Below are positions 61,701 to 64,000 of a stretch of DNA of 64,000 nt, piece by piece. The position numbers and the translations under genes were made by a program. Under the pieces are notes generated by a model. That model had not been told where the DNA came from. It worked only from the letters and a program-made list of their open reading frames with translations, and made no database searches. This stretch comes from Zygnema circumcarinatum SAG 698-1b (taxonomy: Eukaryota > Plantae > Zygnematophyceae), in assembly GCA_037447605.1 (NCBI GenBank), contig CM074809.1:1416689-1480688 (forward strand). The letters are read 5' to 3'. The stretch's first letter is position 1, and each line of letters begins with the position of its first letter.

Positions 61701-63725
61701 CGCAGTGCAGAGAACAATAGGGGCTGCTATCGAGGGCAAGAATATTAAGATGCAAGATGGACCTAAGTTGGAAGCACGACCGAGCTTGAATTCAAACCCG
61801 GGTTGGCCAAAATAAAACGAATTGGAGAAGGACGAAAAGAATGTACCGAGGAGGCCCCAAGGTCAAAAATATTTCCAGCCAGGACCTGCACAGACGATTC
61901 AAATTCAAGAGTGAGGATCTGAGTCTAAGGTTCTGAGTAAACTGTTAGCCGATGAAAAACACAGAAAAAGTGCATGATGTCATTTAGACTGTCAGCAGCA
62001 ATTATGCATAGAATACAGTAGACATCATACTCACGAAAGCACACTTTAGTTAACCGAATTAACAGATGGCGCACAATTCCAGATTGAATTACAGCTAGTC
62101 TCTCTCCAACATTCAACTTGCTCCAATCTTACCGAGCTTGGCTTGCCTAACAACATTTGTTGCTTGACGTGCATCAGTGTGCTGACTGCCGGAGATGGAC
62201 TATGTGCAGAGAAAGCAAAAAATACCTGATTTGAATGCATAGTGCGGACAAAGTTTGTAAAAGCATATGAAATGAAACAACCAAGCTAAAACAATACATT
62301 TTCTCAATTTTCAAACAATACATACCCCTCGAATGAGCTTCTCAAAGCGTTCGGCTTCATTGTCAATGCTATCGATGGTCTTTAGGACTCCAGGTAACAG
62401 AGCTAACGCCTTCTCGTTCTCTTCACTCTGAAATGATAGACAAGAGTACTACTGTACTTGTAAGTGCAAAAGTGATCAGGGCCATCATGGGCACAAGCGG
62501 AAACCGTAAGTAGTCAGACATGTTGAGGGCACAATACAACAGGAATGCTAGTTTTGGTACTAAGAGACAACTGCCGCGTACCAGATCAAATTGACATCTA
62601 CTCAAGACAAAAACTTCGCCTCTTCTTTCTAAAAATACTTTTCAATCTACTCCATCAGAGGAATCACCTTCACTTTCTTGAATATGTCCTCGTACCCAAG
62701 CTCCCTGAGTATTACATCCCTTAGTCTGCAGAGTGTCTTCAGTGCAATAAAAGCAAGGATGTCAACAGCATTGAGCAGCCACCGCCATTTTCATCTTTGT
62801 CTTATATTCGCATCATATTGTTGTTCGAAAATAAATAAATCCATCCGCAGAGGAAGTAGTGGAAAGCGAAACCAAGCCAGTCATTGCTTTAAGGGTGGGT
62901 GGCAACATACGATACAAGTAGGGGGACCGTCATGGCTTTCCGGATCTTTTTCGAAGTCATCTAACATTGAGAGATACCTGTGAGTACACCTTAGTGTGAG
63001 GGATCAACGTCTCTAATATGTCAAGATCATTGCTAACGGGTCCCAACTTACTGCATTTTAACAAGAAGCAACTTTTAATGACATACAATGCTTTGCCGTC
63101 GCTACATTTAGAAAGACTAACGCTAAAAAACAGCAGCTTCATCTGGGCCATCCACCGTCCGTCAACTCCTATTTGCAATTTTTGACAGCAATATTTTGCA
63201 TTAAGAGCTGCCCACCTATCTTCAAACTTCTGAGCCCTTTCCGCAGCATCTGGTACTGTCTCGTCGGCAGCTGCGCGTTTTCTGCCATTAGAGGGTGAAA
63301 AAGATTCATATAAGCTATCGAGGATTTAATGTTTCCATTAAGTCACAAGCTAAAAAATCAGCTGACAGCAGTAAAGAGCTTTGCGCCGATTGCCAGAAAT
63401 GAAGCGGGTGATTTCACATACTGCAACTGTGCACTGGACAATCTACAACTCCGCAAGATGCACTGTTTCTCTTTACGAAAAGCGTTTCGGATTACAAAAA
63501 CTCAATAAAATCCGGCAATGCTCCATCAGCATTCGTATGTTAAATGAAAAATGCCTCGTACTTGAACCCGGGCACGCTTTTCCGAAAAACGTTCAGCCAA
63601 ATCTTCTCTGTTGGTGTCGATTTTGACAAGCTGTCATGTTCCCTTCTGTAGGAAATAGTGCAGGGCTGATAGGAATCGGGTGCCTCCAGCAGAGGGAAGG
63701 GCACGAGGCGCGAAGTTGACTCCAT
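58735..63725 (-). CDS. DUF89 damage-control phosphatase, subfamily II (At2g17340 / PANK4 C-terminal domain-like), 12 exons
   Basis: MESTSRLVPFPLL..CTISYR, KRAAADETVPDAAERAQKFEDR, DPESHDGPP, LCRLRDVILRELGYEDIFKKVK, LAGNIFDLG, RPWVLDDLD, IFCDNAGADVVLGILPLAREFL, NDLPTINDIT, NSGSDLP, EGMGRGIETN, VKHPEVAEFLGGRLYDCV. One GC donor at 61415. Confidence 0.95.
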
Positions 63726-64000
63726 GGCTCTTCCCTTCGCTGCTTGCCTTAGTCCCTTCTCAGCTTCGCGCTCTCCACCGACGAGGCAGGAGCAGGGGCT
63801 CCGCGACTTCTGCAGTCACTGGTCCTTTGCGAGCAGCGACGACGGAAGTGATGATGCTCTTCGATGCCCAATTGCATCCGACTTCAGATTCCAATGTCTT
63901 AACTTTTTGGCCAACTTTCAAAACTTCAGGTTTTCAAGAAAAGTAAAGAGGCGTTTTCAACGTTTCAAAGTTTTCAAGTGTTTGAAAGCTAAGGATAAAA

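Overview
Eukaryotic nuclear DNA with many GT-AG and some GC-AG introns and plant-like proteins. It is most likely from a streptophyte green alga such as a Closterium-like zygnematophyte (inference from protein similarity and gene structure only). Eight host genes are supported: a secreted GDSL esterase with an extra N-terminal Cys domain and Pro-rich linker (+), an F-box/LRR/ankyrin protein ending in a PAM2-like motif (-), ALY/THOC4 (-), PRP40 (-), an Oxidored-like (PF09791-type) protein (-), an ANTH/AP180-PICALM clathrin adaptor (-), a conserved plant membrane protein of unknown function (+) and a DUF89 damage-control phosphatase (-). Between the divergent ANTH and membrane-protein genes sit a 596-bp MITE (75-bp TIRs, 8-bp TSD) and a 14.1-kb Ty3/Gypsy array (LTR-internal-LTR-internal-LTR, minus strand) flanked by one 4-bp TSD. 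The most unusual signal is the retroelement's terminal architecture. The 9-nt right-end att sequence TGTGCTACA is missing before the tRNA-iMet PBS, but a copy sits 2 bp upstream of each downstream LTR, where a polypurine tract should be. This gives a split-repeat A-ORFs-B-A-B layout with a palindromic, circle-junction-like site. The array holds three N10 gaps and error-like patches, so assembly artefact is possible. No rRNA, tRNA or CRISPR was seen. Internal exon boundaries were derived by hand and are approximate.
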